This document shows, piece by piece, positions 37,823 to 49,168 of a DNA stretch of 64,000 bases. Numbering within the stretch: the first letter of the stretch is position 1; each line of letters starts with the position of its first letter. Both the position numbers and the translations under genes were made by a program. This DNA is from Podarcis vaucheri (taxonomy: Eukaryota), in NCBI GenBank assembly GCA_965113315.1, contig OZ220365.1; one strand, 5' to 3'. The notes beneath the pieces are model-generated. The model was not told the DNA's origin, searched no databases, and saw only the letters and a program-made list of their open reading frames with translations.

Positions 37823-38148
37823 ACGCTGTGGGTTAAACCACAGAGCCTAGGACTTGCTGATCAGACGGTCGGCAGTTCGAATCCCCGCGACGGGGTGAAC
37901 TCCTGTTGCTCGGTCCCTGCTCCTGCCAACCTAGCAGTTTGAAAGCACGAAGTGCAAGTAGATAAATAGGTACCGCTCGGGCGGGAAGGTAAACGGCGTT
38001 TCTGTGCGCTGCTCTGGTTCGCCAGAAGCAGCTTAGTCATGCTGGCTGCATGCTGGCTCCCTCGGCCAATAAAGCGAGATGAGCGCCACAACCCCAGAGT
38101 CGGTCACGACTGGACCTAATGATCAGGGGTCCCTTTACCTTTACCTTT
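37823..38148 (+). mobile_element. Sauria SINE (slightly 5'-truncated)
   Basis: CGCTGTGGGTTAAACCACAGAGCCTAGG...GGGGTCCCTTTACCTTTACCTTT. Confidence 0.9.
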
Positions 38149-39104
38149 TTAAACCTGCCAGAAAATGAAACCTAAGTTCAAACTCCTGCCAAGTTATGGA
38201 TCTCCAGTATAGATACCTTGGATCACCATGTGCAAATCTCTCTCCTACCTTGCATGACTTGGGGGGGGGGGATACTTACAGTTGGTATTCTAATTTATCT
38301 TGAGCTCTTATGAGGGAAAATAAAAGGTAAGGAAATTATGAGAGAGAAATGCCGCACTGGTCTATTATAGCAAGGCAAAAAGTGGCACCGTGGTACAATT
38401 GCTTCTAGAAGCTTCAGTGTACACGAGGGATGAGTGACCCATAGTGTCCCAAATACTGATGGGCTACATCTCCCATCATCCTCAGCATTGGCCAGTGAGA
38501 TTTTGAATGCCAACCCCATCCCTGGCCTACACAACTGAGACTATCACAGCTACTACAATCCAAACAACTGTCTGTCAGCAGTGTCCTTGTCAGGACATTT
38601 CCTGATTTTTTCTCTTGCATGACCGATTCATTTACCTTATGCAGCGCTTCCACAAAGGACTGCAGGACAGTGCATTTGAGTGGTTCCCCAATTTAGCCTC
38701 ATAGCCTTGTGGATGTGTAGATCCTTCACACCACTTTGCTATCCGGTCCTTTTAACTTGAAGTGACAGGGTCTGAACATGGGACCTTTTGTTTCCAAAGT
38801 ATGTGCTTTACTATTATCCCTCCCCAACATTACCTATTAAGTTTTATGGCCAAGTGCGAACTTAAAAACACAGGTCTCCTCTGTAGAAAAACCAACATTC
38901 TGTCCACAGCAAATGGTTTTTGCAAGTGCCCGGCCAAATGAGACATCTATGTGAGCTTTACAGCACCATTAGTGTTTGCAATACCAACAGTCCATGGATA
39001 GTAAGCACATAATAAAGTCCCTTATCATTTCTTGAATTTATATCCTGATCTATTCTGTGGACTCAGTGCAGCTTATAGCTGTTCCCCTCTCTCTCTCTCT
39101 CTAT

Positions 39105-39905
39105 ATATATAATATTTATTAAATTTTCAATTATACATCTCAAAACAAACATTTTACATACTGTTAAATATCCAACAGGGACGCGGGTGGCACTGTGGGT
39201 AAAACCACAGTGCCTAGGACTTGCTGATCGCATGGTCGGCGGTTCAAATCCCTGCAGCGGGATGAGCTCCCGTCATTCGGTCCCAGCTCCTGCCCACCTA
39301 GCAGTTCAGAAGCACCCTTAAGTGCAAGTAGATAAATAGGTACCGCTTTATAGCAGGAAGGTAAACGGCGTTTCCGTGTGCTGAGCTGGTGCTGGCTCGC
39401 CAGCTGCAGCTTCGTCACGCTCGCCACGTGACCCGGAAGAGTCTTCGGACGGTGCCGGCTCACGGCCTCTTGAGCGAGATGAGCACGCAACCCTAGAGTC
39501 GGACACGACTGGCCCGTACGGGCAGGGGTACCTTTACCTTTTTAAATATCCAACAACCTCCCTCCTTCTCCTTCCATGGTTCATTCTGTTTGTCTTTTGT
39601 TCCTGCAATATTTTACTATAACCATTTTATTCAGTTCTCCACTTTTACATCACTCAAGATTAACGACACTGTTGATTTTATCTTAATAAAACTTGTCTTC
39701 CTTCCCTCTCTTTCTGCGGTTCCTTAAATATATTTTTTTAATATCTTCCGCATATCCAAATTAACTTAATTTGCTCATTTATTCATCTACTTTAAATAAA
39801 TACTCTTATAAAAATGCAGGTTATTACAATAATCCTGCCAATGTTCTTTTCCGTTTACAATTCATCTGTCAATATTCCATAAACCATTTCCATTCTTTTA
39901 TTGAA
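39105..39905 (-). mobile_element. Degenerate L1 3' end(s) interrupted by a Sauria SINE
   Basis: T-rich plus strand resembling the reverse complement of the L1 3'UTR at 12360-12530. Confidence 0.55.
39178..39541 (+). mobile_element. Sauria SINE, full length
   Basis: GGGACGCGGGTGGCACTGTGG head; 14-bp TSD TTAAATATCCAACA. Confidence 0.93.
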
Positions 39906-39988
39906 TGGTGGTATATAGAAGCACTGTTAACGAAGCAGCAACTAACAAAATAATAATAATCATCATCATCATCACCATCATCTAAACC

Positions 39989-40416
39989 CAGGGCTGGATT
40001 TACGGTAGGTTTGATGAGGCCCTAAGCTACTGAAGGTAACGGGGCCCTTTATATGTCCAGCTGTCCTCTGTCAACAACAAATTGTCACTGCTTTTGTGTT
40101 GAATATATGCTATATGGTAACTTATGAACCTAATAGGTATCTAAAGCCATTTGCACATGCAGAATGTAGGCACCCTATATATAGAAATGAGCAAACCAGT
40201 GATATTTTAGGGAGCAGGTGGAGCCCATTGCTTACATCCCAGGAGCCTACACAACACAAAGCACTGTTGCTGTATGCAGGTTTTACTTTATTTGTTTTCT
40301 ATCTTATATTTTGGAAATGTACATCCAGTTTTGTTTTCTTTTAAAAAGTTTGGGGCCCCCAAGAGAGTGGGGCCCTAAGCTATAGCTTGTTTAGCTTATA
40401 AGTAAATCCGGCGCGC
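39989..40416. mobile_element. hAT-like non-autonomous element abutting the AGPAT5 CpG island
   Basis: Imperfect TIRs CAGGGCTGGATTTAC / GTAAATCCGGCGC; GGCCCTAAGCTA repeated near both ends. Confidence 0.65.
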
Positions 40417-41600
40417 TTAACAGCAAAAAAAAGACTAACGAATTAATGCGGCGTTTGGAATCTGCAAAACATTGACAGGAGGAGCAATTAAAAAAGATAA
40501 TGAGCCTTTACGCGCGCCTTTTCCCTGTCCTGCACGAGAAGCGAGAGCGAGGCGGGGAAAGGCTCGCCTCCTCCGGGCAGGCGGGCGGAGCAAGCCTCGG
40601 CCAACCCCCGGAAGTCTCCGGCGAAGGGGAGGCGGAGCTGCCTGGTCGCCGGCGCCCTTCTCCTCCTCGGTGCGCGGCCAAGAGGCACGGGGGTGGCGGG
40701 CAGGTGAGGGCGTCGCGTGCGCTTCCCGAGCCGGAGGAGGAGCTCCCGCTGCCGGCTGCTCCTTGCTTCTCCGCTGCGCCCTCCCACGCTGCTTCCTGCC
40801 TGGGCCACCCGCCGGCCATGCGGCCGAGCTGCGGAGCCCTCCTCTTCCTCCTCGGCGGCGCCTGCAGGCTGCGAGGCGTGAGAAGAGGCGCCTCCTCCTC
40901 CTCCTCCTTCATGTGCTAGCGGCGTCGCGAAGCCCAGGAGCCGGGTCTTCATTCCTTCTTCTTTCTTTCTCCCTCCCTTTTTTAAAGTCAGCCCAACTCA
41001 GGCCGGAAAGATGCTGCTGTCGCTGGTGCTGCACACCTACTCCATGCGCTACGTGCTGCCCACCGCCCTGATGATGGGCACCGCGCCCACCTACGTGCTG
41101 GCCTGGGGCGCCTGGCGCCTGCTCTCCACGCTACTCCCCGCGCGCGTCTACCACGAGGTGGATGACCGGCTGTACACCCTCTACCAGAGCATGGTGCTCT
41201 TCTTCTTCGAGAACTACACCGGCGTGCAGGTGAGGGCGGCTGCTGCTGGGGGCGGGGGGGGGCTGGCGGAGGCGCCACGCCTCCTTAGGGGGGGCTGGGG
41301 GAGATAGGAACCCACCCCCTCGTCACCTTTCGCCCCCTACCTCTCCACCACCTCGCATCTCTGGATGCCAAGGCGGAGAGGGACTCGGGCAACTTGGCTA
41401 CAGGTGGGCGAGGCTGCGCGCAGGTGAGCAAGCGGAGGCAGGGGCTGCGCCTTCCTCGCAGCGCTCGCTCTCTTTCTCTCCCTTCCCAGCAGAGACGGGG
41501 GTTTCCCCCTCGGTTTGCTCACCTTCCCAGGCTCTGGGTGGCCTCGCAGGTGGGAGCGATCCTTCCCAGGCAGCGCTGGGGCTCTGCCTATTTCCTCGAT
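40410..41600 (+). promoter_or_regulatory. AGPAT5: CpG island / AGPAT5 promoter and first exon region
   Basis: Abrupt GC- and CpG-rich block around the AGPAT5 start codon. Contains the ETS/GABPA-type motif CCGGAAGT at 40608-40615 and GC boxes (GGGCGG, GGGAGGCGG), with no obvious TATA box. Confidence 0.88.
41011..41229 (+). CDS. AGPAT5: 1-acyl-sn-glycerol-3-phosphate acyltransferase epsilon, coding exon 1
   Basis: MLLSLVLHTYSMRYVLPTALMMGTAPTYVLAWGAWRLLSTLLPARVYHEVDDRLYTLYQSMVLFFFENYTGVQ (219 bp), the AGPAT5 N-terminus. Donor CAG|GTGAGG. Confidence 0.97.
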
Positions 41601-41777
41601 GCTGGTAACACCTAGGTTGAGTACAGCACAGTGAAGGTTGCGCACAGCAAGCATAATTTGCACTGGGGAGCCAGCAGAGTTTCATTCTGGGAGGGTGGAG
41701 GGAAAGGGACCCTTCTTGGTAGTCGCATCCGTCCTCTGGAACACCTTCCCACCAGATGTCAAGGAAATAAACAACTA

Positions 41778-42003
41778 CAGTGGTACCTCGGGTTACATAC
41801 GCTTCAGATTACAGACTCCGCTAAGCCAGAAATAGTACCTCGGGTTAAGAACTTTGCTTCAGGATGAGAACAGAAATCGTGCTTCGGCGACACGGCAGCA
41901 GCAGGAGGCCCCATTAGCTAAAGTGGTGCTTCAGGTTAAGAACAGTTTCAGGTTAAGAACGGACATCCAGAACGAATTAAGTACTTAACCCGAGATACCA
42001 CTG
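41778..42003 (-). mobile_element. Tigger-like MITE, type B (inverted)
   Basis: TA-flanked TIRs; reverse orientation relative to the other copies. Confidence 0.9.
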
Positions 42004-42061
42004 TATCTGACTTTCAGAGGGCATCTGAAGGGAAGCTTTTAATGTTTGGTGTGTTTTTGTT

Positions 42062-42700
42062 TGTTTGTTTTTTATAAATGTTTATTAGATTTTCACAAAT
42101 TATAAAAACACACGCAATACACATTACAAACATAAACAAACATGTATAATTTCGAATCCTTTTTTTTTCTTAAACCTTATTTCACCGACTTCCCTGTACC
42201 TCCCCTTTCTGCATCCCAATTCCCAAATTTGTTTCAGCAAATCCTCTCCCTTAATTTTATCTAATTTTTCCTTATTGTTTTCTTTTACTTAATCTTTTAC
42301 AGCCATAATCACTTATTTTTTATAACCACAACATTTTAGCACTCGTTAATTTTACAATATTTCTTAAGATAAATTTTAAATTTCATCCAATCTTCTTCCG
42401 CCGTCTCTTTTCCCTGATCCCGGATTCTGCCAGTCATTTCTGCCAATTCCTTGTAGTCAATCAGTTGCATCTGCCATTCTTCCAGAGTGGGTAGGTCTTG
42501 TGTCTTCCAATACTTTGCGATGAGTATTTTTGCTGCTGTTGTAGCATACATAAAAAATGTTCTATCTTTCTTTGACACCAATTGGCCGACAATGCCCAAG
42601 AAAAAGGCTTCTGGTTTCTTAGGGAAAGTACATTTAAGTACCTTTTTCATTTCATTATATATCATTTCCCAGAAGACCTTAATCTTTGGGCACGTCCATG
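42062..42700 (-). mobile_element. L1-clade LINE, 5'-truncated
   Basis: ORF 42336-42665 (WTCPKIKVFWE)MIYNEMKK..KKPEAFFLG..FMYATTAAKILIAKYWK; 20-bp TSD ATGTTTGGTGTGTTTTTGTT (42042-42061 / 42701-42720). Confidence 0.92.
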
Positions 42701-43595
42701 ATGTTTGGTGTGTTTTTGTTGGGAGCTGCCTGGAGTGGCTGGGCTAACCCAGTCAGATGGGCAGCATATAAATAACAAAGGTGGCACAGTTGGTCTAGTC
42801 TTCCTTGTAACTGTGGCTCCCAGAAAGAGGTGATCTACCAGAGGCGGTGGCTGCTCCTACCAGTGTCTGCCTCCTCATCATAGCTTATCTGCCATACCCC
42901 TTTGAGTGGCACGTTCAGTCCGATGCACCCAGCCTTTGCTGCTGTCCATTGTGACGGTGCACTTCTGCCATTCCTTTCTAGCTAGTACATCACTCGGGGG
43001 GGGGGGGTGAGTGATCGAGGAAGAGAGGTAGCTGTCAGGAACAGGCCTGCCTCGACTTGCTCTCCACTCTCTGTGGGTGGTAGAGCAGGGAGGAATCTCT
43101 GCCTGTTGAACCCAGTCCCAGGTTGCACAACCTAGAGAGGCTGGCAAGCAAGCAGGTGGGAAATGAGCAGAGGTAGCGAGGAGCAACAGTCAGCTCTTCC
43201 TTTCCACCTCCATGCCTGGGCTGGGCTCCATTCTCAGCACAGAGAGAGGGCAGTTGAATGAGGATTGCTGGTGCTCTTTTGCAAAGTCCACTGTTTACCC
43301 ACGTTGGTAGGTGAGCAGGTGAACAAACAGTATCTGAATTGGCAACCTTTGCCTTTTTCCAGCAAGACCTCCACCTCTCTAGGGTTAAAGGGGAGGAGCA
43401 GACTCTTCCACCCCAGCAGAGTCCGAGCCTTCCAAGATTACTCCTGCCAACCTTGGCAATTGTTTATCATATGCAGGGGACTGTCTTGACTTGTCTGGGA
43501 CCTTGTAAGTTGCCTTACCATCCACCGTACTGTCTAACTGGCACTCGGGAAACAAGTGCAGGCCTCCTCCCAACTAGAGAATGAAAGGGGAATTA

Positions 43596-44232
43596 CCGTA
43601 TTTTTCGCCCTATAGGACACACTTTTCCCCCTCCAAAAATGAAAGGGAAATATGTGTGCGTCCTATGGGGCGAATGCAGGCTTCAGGAAGCTATCTGCAA
43701 GCTTGCAAGCCCAGCAGGAGTTCCCGCCAGGCTCGCAAGGCTTGCGGGCTACAGCCCGAAGCACGGGGCACGCTCCGGAGCGCACCCCAGGCTTCGGGCA
43801 GATATCAGACAGCCCCACAAGCTCGGGGGACAGCAGGGAGGCGGAGCGCCGCCATCCCGCTATTCCCTGACCTGGTTTGGAGGCTGGCGGAGGTTTGGAG
43901 GCTGGCAAGCTTCTCCCCACCGCCAGCCCCACAAGCTCGGGGGACAGCAGGGAGGCGGAGCGCCGCCATCCCGCTATTCCCCGACCTGGTTTGGAGGCTG
44001 GCGGAGGTTTGGAGGCTGGCAAGCTTCTCCCCACCGCCAGCCCCACAAGCTCGGGGGACAGTGGGGCAAGCCGCTGCCCCACGGAGGCTAGGGAGGCTGT
44101 CCCTGAAGGCAGAAGAGGGAGACGGAGCGCTTGTCTCCCTCTTCTAGCTTGGGGATGGCTGCGGGGGGGATTATTTTCCCCTTGATTTCCCCCCCAAGAA
44201 ACTAGGTGCGCCCTATGGGGTGAAAAATACGG
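43596..44232. mobile_element. Non-autonomous pogo-like element with internal 114-bp tandem repeat
   Basis: TA|CCGTATTTTTCGCCCTATAGG...CCCTATGGGGTGAAAAATACGG|TA. The unit starting CAGCCCCACAAGCTCGGGGGACAG occurs at 43810, 43924 and 44038. Confidence 0.88.
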
Positions 44233-44889
44233 TACACAAGGAGGATTCTGTGCACCTTAAAGACTTAAAGGGTTTATTGTGTCATAAGGCTTTGTGAACT
44301 TGGCCAATGAAAGTTGGCCATTGTAAACCTGCTAGCCTTTAAGGTACCATGCCTGGTGTTAAGTCTTAACAGAATAATATGGTTGCCCTTCTGGAATTTG
44401 ACATAGAGGAATATAAAAGGAAAAGGTATGATATTGCATGTTGCTCATCAAGGTACCACGCCTTTTTAAAAGGTGGTGTTTTGTACATCTCTGGTTGGCC
44501 ACACTCAACTGCAGCTACACTGGTTCAGACAACGTGCTTAAAACAGTGGTTAATGCATATATGTTGAATGGCAATTCAGATCTTCAATAGTGGCTGTGAC
44601 GTGAATACGGAACTAGAAAGGGATAGCCTTCTGGACTGAAAGGTAGACCCTGATTGGGGAACCTGTAGCTTTTCAGATGTTGCTGAACTACATGCTTCCA
44701 TCATCCTTGACCACTGACCATGCTGATCGGAGAGGACTGGAGTTCCACAGTGTCTGGAAGACTGCAGGATCCCTGTAATCCTTTGAATGGCTTGGTATTT
44801 GCACAGATTATTCAAGTGCGGTCCTTCCTAGCTGTCTTTGCCACCCATTTAAGGAAAGGCATAGACGCATGAGCTCTCTGTGAACAGTA

Positions 44890-45232
44890 AAAGGTAAAGG
44901 TCCAGTCGCCAACGACTCTGGGGTTGCGGCACTCATCTCACTCTATAGGCCAAGGGAGCCAGCATTTGTCCACAGACAGCTTCCGGGTCATGTGGCCAGC
45001 ATGACTAAGCTGCTTCTGGCGAACCAGAGCAGCACACGGAAATGCCGTTTACCTTCCTGCCAGAGCAGTTCCTATTTATCTGCTTGCACTTTGGCATGCT
45101 TTCAAACTGCTAGGTGGGCAGGAGCTGGGACCAAACAACGGGAGCTCACCCCATCATGGGGATTCGAACCGCCGACCTTCTGATCGGCAAGCCCTAGGCT
45201 CTGTGGTTTAGACCACAGCGCCACCCACTTCC
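44890..45232 (-). mobile_element. Sauria SINE
   Basis: Sauria body with an internal deletion near the tail; TSD CTGTGAACAGTA. Confidence 0.9.
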
Positions 45233-46099
45233 CTGTGAACAGTAGACTTAAATATTTAATTCCATAAATCAGCAGTCCCACTTCTCTAATTAGGCATTGT
45301 GGTTTGACTTGTCCCTTGTTGTAGCACTCCATGTTGTTGCCTGCTGCTTTCTATTGTGAAACAAGGCACAGGTTTAACTTGCCGTGAACTTCCAGTTAAC
45401 ATTCCATCCAAGCCCACACATTCAACATCAGAAGGAGGAGTTACTTCTACATGGCTTTAGTGCACCCAACTGAAACTTTTCTGTCTCTTCCTCCAATTTC
45501 ATTTAGTATTTAAACTGTTGAAACTCTTAAAGGTGCTAATAAGAGTTCAATTTGCATATTTTTTCAACAACTTGTGTTGCATGTGTTCTGCCCTGGGTTG
45601 TGCCACCTAAGCCTGATAGCTAGAGGATGACTTCTAGTTTCATTGTAAACCCTCAGTTCATCATGTGGTAAAGCTGTTCCTAGGCCGTACCACTTCGGAT
45701 TGTAAGTGGGGAATTGCATGATTCAATGGTCTGTTCCCCACTTGAAACCAAAACATACTAACAATGACAAAGAGATTAATTTCAGTCAAGCTTTTCTCTT
45801 TCACATGGTGGTTTGGGGCCGGGATTGGGAGTTGTTTTCTCAGTGGTGATATATTTGATCATACAATTCCATACCTGCAAAAGTCCATTGGCTTTACATT
45901 ATGCCTGTCGCTACACCAAGTGCCTGCTTGATGTCTTAAAATGTCTTCACCAAACTACGCGTGCTAACGGAAGCAGCAAATCATTTTCACTGATGAGAAC
46001 TACCAGTTGCTATGTATTACAGTGTAGTTTCCCAATCATAAACTAGAATGGCTCCCCAAACTAATAGCTGCTTTTAAAAATGAGAGATTTGACAGGGTA

Positions 46100-46565
46100 T
46101 CTTTAGGGCAAGTGCATGCAGTTTCGTTGGAGATCTGGAAGTGATAACTTTTTTTGGCTGCCAAAACATCTGAGGGCCGAACCTCAAGGATCGCCTCTCC
46201 CCATATAAACCGACAAGGACCCTGCAATCATCACCTGAGGCCCTTTATTTGTGTGACTCCACAAGAGGCCCAAAGCGTAACAACATGAGAATGGGCCTTT
46301 TCTGCAGTGTCTCCCTGCTTGTGGAAGCTCGCCTGGCACTTTCATTATATATCTTTAGACGCCAGGGAAAAACATTCCTCTTCCCCCAGGCCTTTGGCTA
46401 ATTAAACATCTAATTAAATCGAAGGCCTCTTAAATTGGGCTGGGGCCCAGGGATATTGTTTCTGGTTTTTTTAAAATATATTTTTGTGTTTTTGTAAATC
46501 GCCCAATGATCTTCGGATGAAGGGCAGTATATAAATTTAATAAATACATAAAAATAAAATAATAA
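46100..46565 (+). mobile_element. Degenerate L2 3' fragment
   Basis: GGGCCTTTTCTGCAGTGTCTCCCTGCTTGTGGAA and tail TGTAAATCGCCC..GGGCAGTATATAAATTTAATAAAT. Confidence 0.6.
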
Positions 46566-47798
46566 TACAAGACGTTTAAACAAACAAGCAAACAAAGATC
46601 TTTTGAGATGAATACTAAATGGGATGGTAGTATCCTGATCTTTGGACATGCCAGTTTGGAAGCCAGTTCCAAGGAAGCTTGTAGTTGGCCAATTGTATTT
46701 AGGCAAACGTTTTCAAGATCAACTGTTCATTTCAGCACTGTTGCCAGCAAGCAGATGTTTCAAACTAAGGGTACCAAACTGATGTTAGATGGTCCTTTCA
46801 TTGAGTATGCTTGACTAAACTCGTCATCCAGAGGTCAAAGACTTCTGCATCCTGTTAACCTTTTCAGTTTTGTGTTTAAAGTACTTTCATCATTTTCTCT
46901 TCATTCATGAACTAATGTTTTCCTGTTTCCTCCCCTGCCACTTCTATCTTTATGCTGATAGTAAAATAAAAGCCCAACCCTCTCTCACTTGTGTACCTTA
47001 CCTCAATCAGGTTGTGTTAAGAAAAATATATTTTACATATTTGGATCGTGTTTGCTTTATAAATATGCATACATGTTTGCTACTAATTCCACAGGAAGAT
47101 CGGGAGAGTGTGCTAAAGGGGTTTTCATCTTTTAAAAGGGATTTCAAAGATGGAAGCTAGGTCTCTGTTTAAAGCATAATACATTCCCTCACGTGAAATA
47201 ATTCCATTATTTTCACATGTTGGTTCTTGAACTAATCAGGTACTGATTGTTACATAGAAACACTTAAGACAATGTCTGCTGCCATCTTTTTACTGTTGCT
47301 TCAATGGGTATTGCGTATGACTTTTGCTGTAATTGTATTTTTTTTTGTTTGTAAACTGCTTTGAAATTCATTGGAATAAATAGCAGCCTAGAAATACTAT
47401 GAATCAAATCAGTATTAAGACTTTACCTGAACCGCACTAACATGAACATGTCATGATTTTGCAAGATAAACTTTTTCTCTCTCCTCTCCTTGTAAAAGAA
47501 TGATTGCATGTAAGAGTACACTTTTATAAGCCAATTTAGTTGTACATCCCTTCAGTTTCATAGGCTCAGGTGAATGCTTAAGTTATACATGGTCATTCTG
47601 ACTTCAGTAAAGTGCCACATAAAGTCATGGGTCGATTAAGTTGGGGCATCAAGGTGAAAGAAAGGGAAAAGGTAGTCCTGTCATAATGTGGGAATTGTTA
47701 AATCTTCTCTCTCAAGAGTTTAAATAAAATAAAGCTTGATCCTAGATTTTGTTGGTGTTCTTCAGGCTGTTAAATCAAGTACCTTTTTTCTTTCCTAG

Positions 47799-47868
47799 AT
47801 AATTCTGTATGGCGATCTGCCAAAAAATAAGGAGAATGTGGTATATATATCAAATCATCAGTGTACAG
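47799..47868 (+). CDS. AGPAT5: AGPAT5 coding exon 2
   Basis: Acceptor ttttttctttcctAG and donor ACAG|GTTTGT; 70 bp. Encodes IILYGDLPKNKENVVYISNHQCT(V), the start of the catalytic NHX4D motif. Confidence 0.96.
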
Positions 47869-48450
47869 GTTTGTATGCAATTTCCTTACCTGTGAGAGTT
47901 TTTTAATTAAATAATTATTATTAAAAGCAAAAACAGAAAGTGTTAATATAACCACTGAGAAGGAAATTCTCTCGATTTAGATACTTGGGATTGCATGTTA
48001 AGATTAAATAAACAAAAATACACGGTATGATCCTGATAGATGAGCAGGATAATGGGTCTTTTTAAGCTGTTTCTTTGCAAAACAGCCCCCACATGCTTCC
48101 TAACAAGGTGCCTCGAATTTGGAAGTGCTTTTGAACCAACACAAACAGTTGTATCCAGTGGCGGCTCTTGCACAAAGCAAGACACCCATTGGTTTTTTCC
48201 AGTCCTGCTCATGGCAGCCCACTGAAATGCCACCCCTAAGCTTGGGAGGAACCAATGGAAGAAGGTATTCCATCCCGCTCAAGAGGGATGCAGTAGGATT
48301 GGTGAAAAATGGGGGGGTTCTGCCTTTCATGAGCAAAAGTGATTTCCACTGGGAATCTGCGTACAGTGTTCAGTTTTAGTTGTGTGCTGCTCATATTTTG
48401 CCAAGTGTCTAATATCTGTTTTGAACTTGGCTGATTGGCAAATTATATTA

Positions 48451-48629
48451 CGCCACTTTTCCGTGTATAAGACAATTTTTAAAATTATAAATTAATGTTT
48501 GAGCGTTTCTCAGCAATTCCCCCCCCCCCCAGAAAAGCTCAGCAACTCACAACTCTTTTGTAAATTTGGAGTCCCCCAAAATAGGGGTTGTCTTATACAT
48601 GGGGGCGCGTTATACACAGAAAAATGTGG
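48451..48629. mobile_element. Short Tc1/mariner-type MITE
   Basis: Imperfect TIRs CCACTTTTCCGTGTATAAGAC / GTTATACACAGAAAAATGTGG|TA. Confidence 0.6.
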
Positions 48630-49052
48630 TAAATACTGGAACCCTGGGGGGTGATTTCAAGAAGTCCCATTAATTCTAGTTCTTCTGATTCTGGTTTTAA
48701 GGGCACGTTACTTAACATGAAGGTGTATTTCTGGTTCGTTGTCTGTTGAGTCAGTGTTTCTCACCAGATCCTTCGAGATATGCATCTATTCTGTGTTGGC
48801 AGGAGATTAAAAGTTATGTAGTGGTATTGTGCAAACAGTACAAGCTTTGTTTAAAAAATGAAGAAATGTGTGCTAAAATACGAAAGGGTAATGGGGGAAT
48901 ATGATTGTGGAAAGAACTTACCTTGCATTGCCACTGACCACAGTTCATCTTTCATGTTCATAAGCACTAGACGAGCATTAAATAAAGTTGGGAAGGATTT
49001 TGACATTAGCCTAGGGACATAAATGTTTGAGTTTTGTTTGTTTGTTTTGCAG

Positions 49053-49168
49053 TTGACTGGATTATAGCAGATATGTTGGCCGTCAGGCAAAATGCTCTGG
49101 GACATGTTCGATATGTTTTGAAAGACGGGTTAAAGTGGCTTCCTTTATACGGGTGGTATTTTTCTCAG
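49053..49168 (+). CDS. AGPAT5: AGPAT5 coding exon 3
   Basis: Acceptor tttgttttgcAG and donor CAG|GTAAAT; 116 bp. Encodes (V)DWIIADMLAVRQNALGHVRYVLKDGLKWLPLYGWYFSQ and completes NHQCTVD. Confidence 0.96.

Larger units (their letters stand above)
41690..42780 (+). mobile_element. L2 3' fragment split by a MITE and an L1
   Basis: CCCACCAGATGTCAAGGAAATAAACAACTA|..|TATCTGACTTTCAGAGG..|GGAGTGGCTGGG..CAGATGGGCAGCATATAAATAA; homologous to 730-870 and 300-370. Confidence 0.8.

Noticed and set aside
40472-41071. Long overlapping ORFs (134-199 aa) on both strands
   Set aside because: Low-complexity Arg/Ala/Gly/Pro frames are expected from stop-codon scarcity in a CpG island; no recognisable domain.
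43581-44185. Overlapping 102-188 aa ORFs with internal repeats
   Set aside because: They arise from the GC-rich 114-bp tandem repeat inside a non-autonomous transposon; no transposase motifs.
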